Below, one piece after another: positions 49,301-56,112 of a stretch of 57,314 nt of DNA (the first letter of the stretch is position 1; each line of letters opens with the position of its first letter). The position numbers and the translations under genes are program-made. The stretch is from a virus (taxonomy: Duplodnaviria > Caudoviricetes). The notes under the pieces were generated by a model. That model was not told the DNA's origin. It did not search any database and was given only the letters and a program-made list of their open reading frames with translations. The stretch spans positions 1 through 57,314 of the IMG/VR virus record IMGVR_UViG_3300020438_000044. One strand, given 5' to 3'.

Positions 49301-49922
49301 AATGGGTGCTTACGTTCTGCAAGAAGCAAATCAAGGAAACTTAAAACCATTGATTTCATTAGCACTTCTCGGACCTACATTTGGTATGGCAACATTATCT
49401 GCCAAAGATATTATACAATCTCGTGGTGGAGAAGATGGTACAAGTCCAGAGCTTAGAAAAAGAAACATAGCAAAAGCACTTGGCTATGATTCAAAGACAC
49501 ATGGTGAAGATTACAATGACTTCTTGGGTTGGTACTTAGAGGGCATGATGATTATGGGTGGCTTTGGATTGATGGGAGACGTACTTCATTCTGTAACATC
49601 TCAAGTGGACAATGGTGCATATGGTCAAAACAGAATATGGTCTTCACTCCTCGGACCTTCCTATGGTCTGGGTAACGCAGCGATTACAGGAGCAGCAGGA
49701 ATACAAGACGCAGTTATTGGTGGAGACAACAGCAATGCTAAAGAGAGGTCTGCATGGAGAGAACTTGCAACTAGAATACCAATACTTGGTGGCATGAGAA
49801 ATCTTAGAGAAGGTATTGTAGACACTATGGCAGGAGAGCAAGGTGGAAAGAGTTCTTCTGAACCAGGTTGGGGTGATGCAAAGTGGACATCAAAAAGTAA
49901 TAAGTCAGGTTGGGGTGCATGA
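40371..49922 (+). CDS. Giant polyvalent internal virion protein (3183 aa): G/A-rich membrane segment, HExxH zincin-like module, ART-PolyVal-like module, gp16-like C-terminus
   Basis: LLHETAH...EFFAN; FYHGT...YGRGIYLT...A..YA...LRNPLD...GHDG...FKPNQIK; LVFQLKSF. Confidence 0.8.
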   Translation: MAANLYNQRNFKNIDFSLDNVSIPQDQADYTSSVNPTKILKDPRFLQDLRDYYEEKEGYPVGWSDEALVEAFYGDSTWRELNTVSAIGGAFEPWGMGTESRERAKRIESVWKQLPMFWQEGGRGAATALPDIAGALIADPLNLIPVGAAANTAKAAIIGGKTVAGAVARGAGKAALYEGGIAGAQEGIVNASTQARDIQLGLRDGFSKTELGLATGLGVGLGGVVGGGLGIPSALAGAAVGRNVVNDLLAKGLTREQIAALPKESLAGYQEVSGILGAPQQADEVVTETAEETVPSPITIDELIAKQEEKITIYKASGAEVDEEETFLVLLQEAKKFDEVIKPNTEELITSLQKKGPRGVTKAREMQRWLNEVTRVVENIRKEDGSDFDGDLDQILAYLRENPYGKKLEQIASDDVIPVTPGGQAGRPRGDVELQGQQGDAQGQQAQPQTNADTIADEVISEAEAADAALPMEQEVIDYLRKNGIEPDQVTPKKGETTVSMKRAQNVVTYRKRKAKNQDPTVESSEQQEFDSLVKDLRAKTGIEVDEPTRVSLARAFEEEKGLNKNTVKIDIDDLADDMLPERDWIADEQLNPDEIKQYKKILQRFKNQAAKAPEDSPLKITKVVEAKARMAFRNQRTNIPGKARTTGESIERAGQNVGAGREESGKIQGILKKGETIGRRPGRADNTKYADRETAYLKSKEARRDSPNRLVAFYANQKTMAIDENGVEARAPIGAKLYADGYTRKVFLNKEAAFKRTGLNAPDGEDTASLIGQATKEVKKDKLPQKLTSSEAVQEAIESGDAKELLRVIRAVSNDTVDDLPVNQSTIQTPDSDVAPVTRGDKRLIVQNKNNPDDVRIISKKQVADGKGIEAIIGQKGGVASDPSNWTVKYAPADTKVFGRKLRELFDSLPDEKNATGAGSRVEAGGATGIGEPIDIKEALNLRTRLTDEDLQILGRFKILNKSLNPMGGGEEMFGELPASIGTSVVDIDYKSVREAMLFLSMQAKWSKTRNAHKEVIEVFKGLMDLENRLLPPEGFIDTEANRFATINNLEKIFSGYSSDEISAARKLLQNLGGDPFIGPRITSMGSNNYYVNRGFLEGQPEGVPSINIAQPSTIGAGSVPMNARLLHETAHWAFDNILTSKDKLEFLEKMTEYYTGKVVGGDGILNTRKLDEGSYTSPLKEELASDPEAMVFANALEGPGEFFANQFSAWAGRQDGLVIKDEGFWKRIAGYLKGTFDRFFYKTPIDPELEPFFLKILPNKDEIGKRSLGTHKPTTKAGKAAEEKHNQVMQIVTRLQEFTEIYPLGTMSSEGFVNQFTEDLWFLANIVYNKKKSGEFKMISPYARRLIKERLKDVNEIFKNANSRGEDINWVSLANEIGNATEAGNAGVSIIDPAKMDTVAQHLTELYWHGYQGPNFKGGDRFAVRDADGNVTGYNYGKIKDLERTSMTRMFDFVLDSLERNFSKVEDTNKVMRNTHTEQPDLIVSKKKSERGAGKQSNSTKRILNKEEADYNETIDTAKKEFKSKKKTPKENAKVNTSSAGELTTKTLPQLQKMLREHSGTDYGRQIAEHVVRKLKTSTMSEKAFGKKIPREYVEMSKFELEAVLNDANSKGDTKARDFAAREIQRRASKRASKKKGMDTSKHVGMIARSNKIDNTIKIEIDDSNGIQNSDGIPANARPMVKEILSYVTHRDPEREIAARSIIYRMLNIMGKVSRKDRFSNPILSKDIAKIIGRDYLLRGTDEFSDFKGSDFSILRTFARTLGQELNGVPGDETVRFLSGMTLRASMTRDELDKVTFAFNQLTPDRQNKIMDTYKRGGGTSLVASGAPDELVHEYAMIDWLAGNFQKIYSSADDRTLMNLTDEMLMGVASKLDQRFTEGDVFGTVTQMYHRNMEEVAYVINGLVKNDEFKDKYFGLTRLYGDMFIRNRRGGLTFPIMDNEVVHSSQAADAGRSAWKNATQEERVKIVNFTKNGVGHNRIDGEPVVFYHGTPNGKALNGTDTGTVMNLSSSNSLYGRGIYLTKNPVVAEESYARKQTKESLNVQIERLAISQEGKDELEDIAYELAQVRGKISLLKRQNAKFVDADENGNADELQSFIETVILEDELRVLTAQEKGKVALLERSGITLDPYVMPSYVQLRNPLDFRENTRYSVDDRIFPTISEGIYAHLRNSGESDADILDAFVDMEQALEGKEFITGVELYESFGRLMNKFSSTKAEAKDALTDVFQELGHDGLTVSHTNTVTDVSDVNIGNPIYHEGVVLFKPNQIKHVRAKNFDAESGQVFNIELGGGVPEGTNGSIIMASIDDPSLKVGDISTGKFGELLEIDGKSRTFTGVASSMIKKRPHNEAEVEVIRNSSAPTWFQSQSDRLNKIGARWLGNWYKNHFTEISEKFAGKFMPINNLMRDLPDSDGSLRRWFRKSTGSVMQSQPESYGKIVRALRRDVNSRQYKALNPQERAVVDKIRQTLDAERVALKASGFHVGYRKNYLPQVWNQNSIRKNKDEFLQGMEEYYVREQASLGKTPADGESKKFAEQIYLRLTEDAAEDGVFLPHKDIRGLSKNPGNDSVDFSRVLNIGDYPESLNAMEKFLENDLDAILVKYLEGSTRRLVHSDKMGVNTHAVSDYILASNEGADGIAKLLSTSKVFKKNIRGMSEDGNVVESVLTDTIRMPFEGNQFRAKQFADELIKVHTQSGSSAARKMIYDLYPKMSVTYKRRADAIIGALDDFKGQSGSIAYESEKFIDNAMRVAMKKPLSGSKSLMEASKFIRTVNNVTLLGFTTLTSLGDVVLPIIRSGSFSSWASGVGKWATDPDYRRMLNNVGVAMENIVHERMVHMYGAPDNKLSHAFFSATLLTPWTDLQRKIAGATGLEALKTMQQQATRHHKAGTPYSQQNAKYKTAHRFLVRYGLEEYLPRKNKADVSLTDDAVLNNDKVRMAIIKFADESIFQPNPNDVPLWAQTPIGQLVFQLKSFPLMMSRMGAYVLQEANQGNLKPLISLALLGPTFGMATLSAKDIIQSRGGEDGTSPELRKRNIAKALGYDSKTHGEDYNDFLGWYLEGMMIMGGFGLMGDVLHSVTSQVDNGAYGQNRIWSSLLGPSYGLGNAAITGAAGIQDAVIGGDNSNAKERSAWRELATRIPILGGMRNLREGIVDTMAGEQGGKSSSEPGWGDAKWTSKSNKSGWGA

Positions 49923-50248
49923 GCAAGAAGCTACAAAAAGGCAGTCAATACGAACAGTTTGATTTAGATGGTGATGGTGTGGTTACAGACAAAGAACTAG
50001 CACAGTCTGAACATATGATACGTCTTGAGAACTCTGATAAGATGCAAGACCAACAGCGTATGTTATGTTGGGTATCGTCTATCTCGTCTATAATATTAAT
50101 AGCATTGGTCATGTCACCTGTAATACCGAATGCAAGAGTTGAGATGGTTACTGCTTTACTTTCTACTTATGTTATAGCAAACTTAGGTATAGTTGCTACC
50201 TTTATGGGTACGACAGCTTTTACGAGGTCGAAAGAAAATGGTAAATGA
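49919..50248 (+). CDS. EF-hand-like motif plus 2 TM helices (holin-like membrane protein)
   Basis: DLDGDGVVTDKE; two hydrophobic helices; ATGA overlap. Confidence 0.7.
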   Translation: MSKKLQKGSQYEQFDLDGDGVVTDKELAQSEHMIRLENSDKMQDQQRMLCWVSSISSIILIALVMSPVIPNARVEMVTALLSTYVIANLGIVATFMGTTAFTRSKENGK

Positions 50249-50424
50249 TATGGCTATTAGTAGTTATTTTACACGGAACGGAGATACAAGAAGATGTCTA
50301 CTTCAATGATTTGGATACGTGCCTTAGATATGCAAAACAAATTAGAAATCAAAACACCCACCAACAGACAGCGTTTAGCAGAGTGTATGTTACAACTTAT
50401 TGCATACCTCAGAAGGAGAAATAA
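50245..50424 (+). CDS. Small protein with two Cys (59 aa)
   Basis: Translated by hand: MIWLLVVIL...DTC...YCIP; ATGA overlap. Confidence 0.65.
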   Translation: MIWLLVVILHGTEIQEDVYFNDLDTCLRYAKQIRNQNTHQQTAFSRVYVTTYCIPQKEK

Positions 50425-50426
50425 AC

Positions 50427-50573
50427 ATGGCGAATAAAAGAGGAAGACCACCTAAGTCTACACCTTTAGGAATGAAGGTAGTAGGAAAAAAAAAGTCACT
50501 ATGGGATATAGTAGAATGGCTTAAAGGAACAGCGAAAAGAAAAAGTTTTTTTGATTGGTTATTAAGAAAGTAA
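50427..50573 (+). CDS. AT-hook microprotein (48 aa)
   Basis: AAGGAG RBS; KRGRPPK plus two W-containing amphipathic helices. Confidence 0.7.
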   Translation: MANKRGRPPKSTPLGMKVVGKKKSLWDIVEWLKGTAKRKSFFDWLLRK

Positions 50574-50577
50574 TATA

Positions 50578-50748
50578 ATGGCAGCGAAAACAAAAAGCAA
50601 AGGCAAGAAAGACGCCTGTTATCACAAGGTCAAGAGAAGTTATTCCGTCTGGCCCTCAGCGTATGCGTCTGGTGCTTTAGTAAAATGTAGAAAGGTTGGC
50701 GCAGCCAACTGGGGTAACAGTAAGAAGAAGAAAAAGAAAAGAGCATAA
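50578..50748 (+). CDS. Basic Cys microprotein (56 aa, KDACYHKVK...WPSAYASGALVKCRK)
   Basis: Translated by hand; TAATG-coupled to the hydroxylase. Confidence 0.8.
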   Translation: MAAKTKSKGKKDACYHKVKRSYSVWPSAYASGALVKCRKVGAANWGNSKKKKKKRA

Positions 50749-51488
50749 TGTTTAATAAAATTAAATTATTATTAACTGACCAGTATTATTTGCAAGAATC
50801 TTTGCAAAAGTTTTTCCAGAACAAGTTTAAATCTAACTCTTCCATAGGAGACAAGCCTTTCTTTAGTAATAAAAGTCTTAGTGCAACTCCAGACTTAGAG
50901 AAAAATTTTACAGATATTCGAGACGAGGCAACAGAAGTACTGAAAAGGTATGATGAGATTGTACCTTTTCAAACGATAAGTCCTGACCAGACGTTTCTAT
51001 CTAACGATGACAGATGGAAAATGTTTTATCTCAAAGCCGTAAACATTAAATTTGAAAAAAACCTAGCTATGATGCCAAAGACTAAAGCTTTATTAGAGCG
51101 TAATCCAAATATTATATCTGCTTATCTTTCTATTCTTGGTCCTAGAAAACATTTACCTCCACATTGTGGACCTTGGGCAGGGGTACTTCGAGCGCATCTT
51201 GGTCTAATTATACCAGACATTAAAAAATGTTTTATTCGTGTGGCAAATAAAAAATACTATTGGAAGAATGGTGAAGTAGTTTTCTTTGACGACACATATG
51301 AGCATGAAGCTTTTAACAATACAGACAAAATACGTGTAGTTTTGTTTATGGACATACTTAGACCAATGAAGTTTCCTTTTAATCTTATAAATAAATTTCT
51401 TATTTTCATTATTCGTTTTTTACCTTACGTAAAAATTCCATTGCAACGTCACAGAGATTGGGAAAAAGTATTTCATAGAGGGTTATAA
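50748..51488 (+). CDS. Aspartyl/asparaginyl beta-hydroxylase-family 2OG-Fe(II) oxygenase (AspH/LpxO-like)
   Basis: WKMFYL, PHCGP...LRAHLGL, FDDTYEHEAFN...RVVLFMD..RP. Confidence 0.9.
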   Translation: MFNKIKLLLTDQYYLQESLQKFFQNKFKSNSSIGDKPFFSNKSLSATPDLEKNFTDIRDEATEVLKRYDEIVPFQTISPDQTFLSNDDRWKMFYLKAVNIKFEKNLAMMPKTKALLERNPNIISAYLSILGPRKHLPPHCGPWAGVLRAHLGLIIPDIKKCFIRVANKKYYWKNGEVVFFDDTYEHEAFNNTDKIRVVLFMDILRPMKFPFNLINKFLIFIIRFLPYVKIPLQRHRDWEKVFHRGL

Positions 51489-51709
51489 TGGCAAGCGATA
51501 GTTTACATAAATGGTTTAAAAGAAACAACGGCAAGGGTTGGATAGACTGTAAAACTGGTAAGCCTTGTGGAAGAAAGTCAGCAAAGGGTAAATCAAAAAG
51601 ACCATACCCTGCTTGCAGACCAACGAAAGCACAATGCACATCAGCATCTAAGAAGAAGACGAGTTCAAAAAGAATTAGTTGGAAAAAGAAAAAGAAGAGG
51701 GCAGCGTAA
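51488..51709 (+). CDS. Basic Cys microprotein (LHKWF..GWIDCKTGKPCGR..YPACRP)
   Basis: TAATG coupling on both sides. Confidence 0.8.
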   Translation: MASDSLHKWFKRNNGKGWIDCKTGKPCGRKSAKGKSKRPYPACRPTKAQCTSASKKKTSSKRISWKKKKKRAA

Positions 51710-51966
51710 TGGGTAAGAAAGCACCAAAGCTTAACAAGAAAAAGATGCCATGTAACAAACCTAAGAGACAAGTCTCTGGTGGCAAGAAGTTTGTAGTTAA
51801 AGCATGTGCAAACGGAGTGGAAAAGATAATAAGATTTGGAGACGCCAACATGACTATAAAAAAGAGTCAGCCTGGCAGACGTAAAAACTTCAGAGCAAGG
51901 CATAGATGTGATAGCAAGCCACCATCTAAGCTAACTGCTAGGTATTGGTCTTGCAAGAAATGGTAG
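51709..51966 (+). CDS. Basic microprotein (RFGD.NM..RRKNFRARH.C..ARYWSC..W)
   Basis: TAATG start at 51709; recurrent viral small-protein motif recalled from memory. Confidence 0.8.
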   Translation: MGKKAPKLNKKKMPCNKPKRQVSGGKKFVVKACANGVEKIIRFGDANMTIKKSQPGRRKNFRARHRCDSKPPSKLTARYWSCKKW

Positions 51967-51970
51967 GGTT

Positions 51971-52093
51971 ATGCATAGTATAGGTAAAAAAGTAATTGTT
52001 ATTGGCAACAAAACAAAAACTGGCAACATGCAACATACAAACTGTCCTTGTGTTGTAAACAGAACAAGCAAGAAAAAAACTAAAAAGGCATGA
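51971..52093 (+). CDS. Small basic protein (40 aa, NCPC)
   Basis: Translated by hand; fills the gap and overlaps the next start. Confidence 0.5.
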   Translation: MHSIGKKVIVIGNKTKTGNMQHTNCPCVVNRTSKKKTKKA

Positions 52094-52290
52094 TGGAACA
52101 AACAATCAGTGATGTTGAAAATTTAACTAAGACAGTTAATTTCAACGAAGGTGGTGGCAGTGATGTCGAGGCAGGCATACAGTTCATATACCATATGAGA
52201 GAACATCTAGTAGATATAGGTATAGCAACTGTATATGGGTTGGCAGTCTACGCATTGTTCCTATGGATTACAAAAAAAATTAAGGAGTAA
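52090..52290 (+). CDS. Small membrane protein
   Basis: C-terminal TM helix. Confidence 0.65.
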   Translation: MMEQTISDVENLTKTVNFNEGGGSDVEAGIQFIYHMREHLVDIGIATVYGLAVYALFLWITKKIKE

Positions 52291-52293
52291 AGA

Positions 52294-52698
52294 ATGTTAC
52301 AAGCTATCTTAGGTCCGATAAGTTCCCTTGCAGGAACTTGGTTAGAGGGCAAAGTAAGTAAGTCAAAAGCAGAGTCAGAAGTTAAAGTAGCAAGAGCTAA
52401 AGCCGAAGCGAAAGTTTTCGAGACAGAAGCCACGTCTGCCATGCTTAATGAGAGGTCATTGACAGACCAGATGGGTGATAGTTGGAAAGACGAAGCGTGG
52501 TCACTTTGGTTTATAGCAGTATTAACTTGCTGTTTTTTGCCGTGGACACAAGAGTATGTGAAGGAAGGCTTCATATTCCTAGACTTACACACACCAAATT
52601 GGTTTCATAACATGTTATATATAGTGATAGGCAGCTCATTTGGGTATCGCTTTGGTAAACAAGGTCTGCAAATCATGAGTAAAAGGAGTTCAAAATGA
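52294..52698 (+). CDS. Holin (3TM-like)
   Basis: SWKDE motif, TM helices, SFGYR; upstream of the lysozyme. Confidence 0.7.
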   Translation: MLQAILGPISSLAGTWLEGKVSKSKAESEVKVARAKAEAKVFETEATSAMLNERSLTDQMGDSWKDEAWSLWFIAVLTCCFLPWTQEYVKEGFIFLDLHTPNWFHNMLYIVIGSSFGYRFGKQGLQIMSKRSSK

Positions 52699-53135
52699 AC
52701 ATAAACTTATTACGTGAAGAATTATCTGAAGACGAAGGCATCAAGTACGAAACATATTTAGACCACCTTGGCTTGAAGACATGTGGTGTGGGACATTTAT
52801 GCAGAGAACATGAGCCTGAGTTTGACGAACCTTTAGGAACTAAAGTATCTGAAGACAGAGTTAACGAATTGTTTGACCAAGACATCAAGATAACCATTGA
52901 TGATTGCAGGAAAGTCTATGATGATTGGGATAATATGCCTGAGCAAGCAAAAAGAATATGTGCAAATATGATGTACAATCTCGGCTATCCTCGTTATAGC
53001 AAATTCAAAAAGAAAATCCAGGCTGTGAAAGACGGAGATTGGTTCGAAGCGTCTGTCCAAATGCAGCAAAGTAGGTGGTATAATCAAGTTCCAAATAGAG
53101 CGAAGCGTTTAATTGAGCGTATGAAATCTATTTAA
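52695..53135 (+). CDS. Endolysin, T4-lysozyme-like
   Basis: EDEG...YLDHLG..TCGVGH; MMYNLG; SRWYNQVPNRAKRL. Confidence 0.92.
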   Translation: MNINLLREELSEDEGIKYETYLDHLGLKTCGVGHLCREHEPEFDEPLGTKVSEDRVNELFDQDIKITIDDCRKVYDDWDNMPEQAKRICANMMYNLGYPRYSKFKKKIQAVKDGDWFEASVQMQQSRWYNQVPNRAKRLIERMKSI

Positions 53136-54216
53136 TGTTTACGTCTGTAAATAACGGAGCGTCATTCATCACACGTTTATTGGCTATATCTATATAGTCT
53201 TTATTCAATTCAATAATCTGGGCATTCCTACCAAGTCTGTCTGCTACAAGTCCAGTAGTGCCAGACCCTCCGAAAGGGTCTAGCACTGTTCCGTCTTCTG
53301 GACAGCCTGCCTTCACACAAGGTTCTATAAGTTCTGTAGGAAAGACAGCAAAGTGTGCTTCCCTATATGGCTTAGTAGTAACTGTCCAAACAGACCTCTT
53401 GTTTTTTGTTTCGTAAGATTTTTCAAGACCACTATGTGGTTGCAACCCAGTACCCTCATTGTGATACTTGCCATTTACTCTGTCTCTTGTACCCCAATCA
53501 GTTGCCTTCTCTTTGATTGCCTCATTGTCGTAGTAGTAATTCTTATTCTTACTAAACAAAAATATATATTCGTGTGACTTGGTGCATCTATCCTTCACAC
53601 TCTCTGGCATTGGGTTGGGTTTGTGCCATATGATGTCTTGTCTCAAATACCAACCATCGTCTTGCAATGCAAACGCAACTCTCCAAGGTATACCAATCAA
53701 GTCTTTCTGTTTTAATCCTTCTATTCTATTGGCTCTGTGTGGACTTGACTCTGGAAAATCCTGCCTTGTGTTGGCAACTGTTTGCTTCACTTGCTTTCCG
53801 TCTGCTCTATAATTGTAATAGGAGTCGCCAAGATTTAACCAAAGAGTTCCGTCATCTCGCAACACTCTTCTAACTTCACGAAAGACTTGCACTAAATTAT
53901 TCACAAATTGTGATGGTGTTTCTTCTAATCCTAACTGAGAGTCTTTTCTTACTGCACCACACTTAGGACACTTACTTCTATATATTGCATCGCCTACAAC
54001 ATTACCTTGTTCATGCATGGCTTTGTGTCCAGTGACAGTATCCTTAGATATTTTTGTGGTTCTCATGTGAGGACAGTTAGGGTCGCCACCTTCCCAAGTA
54101 CCAGTTTGATAGTCCCTCAACCCCCAGTAAGGGGGTGAGGTGACACAACAATTTACTGATTTATCGGATAAATTTTTTAGAACGTCTCTGCAATCACCAA
54201 TATGAATATCAATCAT
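53128..54216 (-). CDS. N4/N6 DNA methyltransferase (beta class)
   Basis: VTSPPY catalytic motif; HFAVFP; VLDPFGGSGTT SAM motif; Cys/His insertion. Confidence 0.93.
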   Translation of the reverse strand: MIDIHIGDCRDVLKNLSDKSVNCCVTSPPYWGLRDYQTGTWEGGDPNCPHMRTTKISKDTVTGHKAMHEQGNVVGDAIYRSKCPKCGAVRKDSQLGLEETPSQFVNNLVQVFREVRRVLRDDGTLWLNLGDSYYNYRADGKQVKQTVANTRQDFPESSPHRANRIEGLKQKDLIGIPWRVAFALQDDGWYLRQDIIWHKPNPMPESVKDRCTKSHEYIFLFSKNKNYYYDNEAIKEKATDWGTRDRVNGKYHNEGTGLQPHSGLEKSYETKNKRSVWTVTTKPYREAHFAVFPTELIEPCVKAGCPEDGTVLDPFGGSGTTGLVADRLGRNAQIIELNKDYIDIANKRVMNDAPLFTDVNIK

Positions 54217-54424
54217 AGTACGGCTCTTTGTACTCAGACAAAGGCTTTTTAGTTTTCATAGTATAAAGCACACGTTTTGCTTGGTTAAAACTTAATGTAA
54301 ATCTATTAGCCGTGTCTTGTATTGTATGGTTCTTATCATGGTTATGCTTCTTTCTACTCTGCATTTCCTTGTGAAAAAGTTTTACCTGAGCTAAAAAATC
54401 GTCTGTGTATCTTGCGTTAGTCAT
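54209..54424 (-). CDS. Small HTH-like protein
   Basis: TIQDTANRFTLSFNQAKRVLY. Confidence 0.55.
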   Translation of the reverse strand: MTNARYTDDFLAQVKLFHKEMQSRKKHNHDKNHTIQDTANRFTLSFNQAKRVLYTMKTKKPLSEYKEPYYD

Positions 54425-54680
54425 TTGTTATCTCTCCATATAAAGCACTGTATCCTATTATATCTGTAACACTATCGGAATGTTTTGGTGTTTCGATTAG
54501 ACGTGCTAACTTAACAGCAATCATACATTTATAAACATCTTGTGGTGTCAGTTCTTTTTCTAACAAAACAGACCATAGCTTTGCTATCCTTGTGTGGTTT
54601 GTTAGGGCATCTCCATATATCTTGGCTCTGTCTTTGGCTATAAGTTTCCTAGCCTTGTCTAATATCTTGTCTCGTTTCAT
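54417..54680 (-). CDS. DUF6378-like phage protein
   Basis: DRAKIYGD...RIAKLW...KLAR...HSDS..DIIGY. Confidence 0.8.
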   Translation of the reverse strand: MKRDKILDKARKLIAKDRAKIYGDALTNHTRIAKLWSVLLEKELTPQDVYKCMIAVKLARLIETPKHSDSVTDIIGYSALYGEITND

Positions 54681-55495
54681 TGCTCCCTCTTTAATGGTTT
54701 ATATACTGTGTACGAAGAACAAACTTTCTTAGCTTCTGAGTCTGTCTTTATGCAAGTCCACCCTCCCTGATGGTTTGCTTCTGCAAATTGACAAGTAGTA
54801 CATGACACTGGTACTGGTGCATTGTGCCAACAAACTGATTTTTTAAAACAACCTCTACATCTCCAATCAGTTTCGTCTGTAGCTAACTTCTTTGCTTTAT
54901 TCTCTATAACATCTTCTATTCTTTTCTTTATGTATGCGACTTCAAACTCGTCTTGACTTACAATCTGAGCATGGTACTCGCTAGTATTTTTATTTATGGC
55001 AATAAAAAAACTTTCTTCAAACCCAGACATAGCCATCATCATCTGTAACTGTGAGAAATATTTGGGGTGAGAAACTCTCACTCCGTCTTTCATAAACTTC
55101 TTAAAGTTCGCATCGTTCATAGATTTTATTTCAAGAACTCTTAGTATGCCATCTTCTGTTTCTATATGTCCGTCCATATGACAGACGACATGACCACCTA
55201 ACTGTTCGTATGTATGTTGTCTTCCAGTAAGACCATCAACTTCCCATACTCTTACGTCAGCTTTTTCTTTTATATCTTTAACAACTATGTCTTCTAGTAT
55301 ATGACCAAGCTTGAATATTCTTTTTAGCTTTGGCTCTGCTACATCATTTGGGAAACCTCTCAAAGAGTATGCTTGGTAGGCATCGCACTGAGTGCCAATG
55401 CCAGATGCACCTATGTAGTCTCTTGCTCTTTCCTTGGGTTGTTTCCTATACCCTTCGTCTATAGCTTTGATTACATCATCTGCACTTTTAATCAT
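54677..55495 (-). CDS. Cas4-like PD-(D/E)XK exonuclease
   Basis: YIGASGIG..C, GH..E, HMDG, LEIKS, QLQMMM, C..C.....C. Confidence 0.85.
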   Translation of the reverse strand: MIKSADDVIKAIDEGYRKQPKERARDYIGASGIGTQCDAYQAYSLRGFPNDVAEPKLKRIFKLGHILEDIVVKDIKEKADVRVWEVDGLTGRQHTYEQLGGHVVCHMDGHIETEDGILRVLEIKSMNDANFKKFMKDGVRVSHPKYFSQLQMMMAMSGFEESFFIAINKNTSEYHAQIVSQDEFEVAYIKKRIEDVIENKAKKLATDETDWRCRGCFKKSVCWHNAPVPVSCTTCQFAEANHQGGWTCIKTDSEAKKVCSSYTVYKPLKREQ

Positions 55496-55644
55496 AATAA
55501 ATCCTATGGTGAGAGGTACTTGGCATTATCATTAAATATTGGTATTCATTTTTAAATAAGTATTAAGTTAAAAAGAAACCAAGCACCCCTCATAGTTGGG
55601 TGAGGGAGGCTGGCACCCCTGCGCACCTCCCTCATATTCCATTA

Positions 55645-56112
55645 CTAAAATGGAATCTCATCGTCAAGTTCACCACCACCACTTGGTGCTTTACCATCGG
55701 CTAGTTCTTTATACACCTTAACTTCCGTTTGTTCTCTTGTCTTACCATCGTCCCCAGTAAATGGCTTACCATTACCAACAACAATATTAAGTTCAAGGTT
55801 CTTCAACGAAGCCACGTCTTTCGGCTTGTCTGGGTTAGGGTGTTTAGCCGCTAACAGTAGAGACTTGAGTTGTCTTTTACCAATGTCAACTGCTTGTGGG
55901 TTGCTATTCACAAGATTAAAATTTGAATTGATGTCGCCAACTTCAGTGACACCTTTAAAATTAACTTGTAAATACTTACCACCTGACGAACTATCTTTCA
56001 TAATTGCATCAGTTATTTTTACATGATGTTCGCCTTTAGGCAACCTCACATAGTTACTGCTTGATTCTACTTTACTTAAATCAAGATTACCAAAACCATT
56101 CCAATCAGCCAT
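55645..56112 (-). CDS. DUF669-like single-stranded DNA-binding protein
   Basis: LPKGEHHVKI; acidic tail DDEIPF; follows the Sak4-like gene. Confidence 0.8.
   Translation of the reverse strand: MADWNGFGNLDLSKVESSSNYVRLPKGEHHVKITDAIMKDSSSGGKYLQVNFKGVTEVGDINSNFNLVNSNPQAVDIGKRQLKSLLLAAKHPNPDKPKDVASLKNLELNIVVGNGKPFTGDDGKTREQTEVKVYKELADGKAPSGGGELDDEIPF

Noticed and set aside
54677-55495. CRISPR-Cas system
   Set aside because: Solo Cas4-like gene; no repeat-spacer array or other cas genes seen
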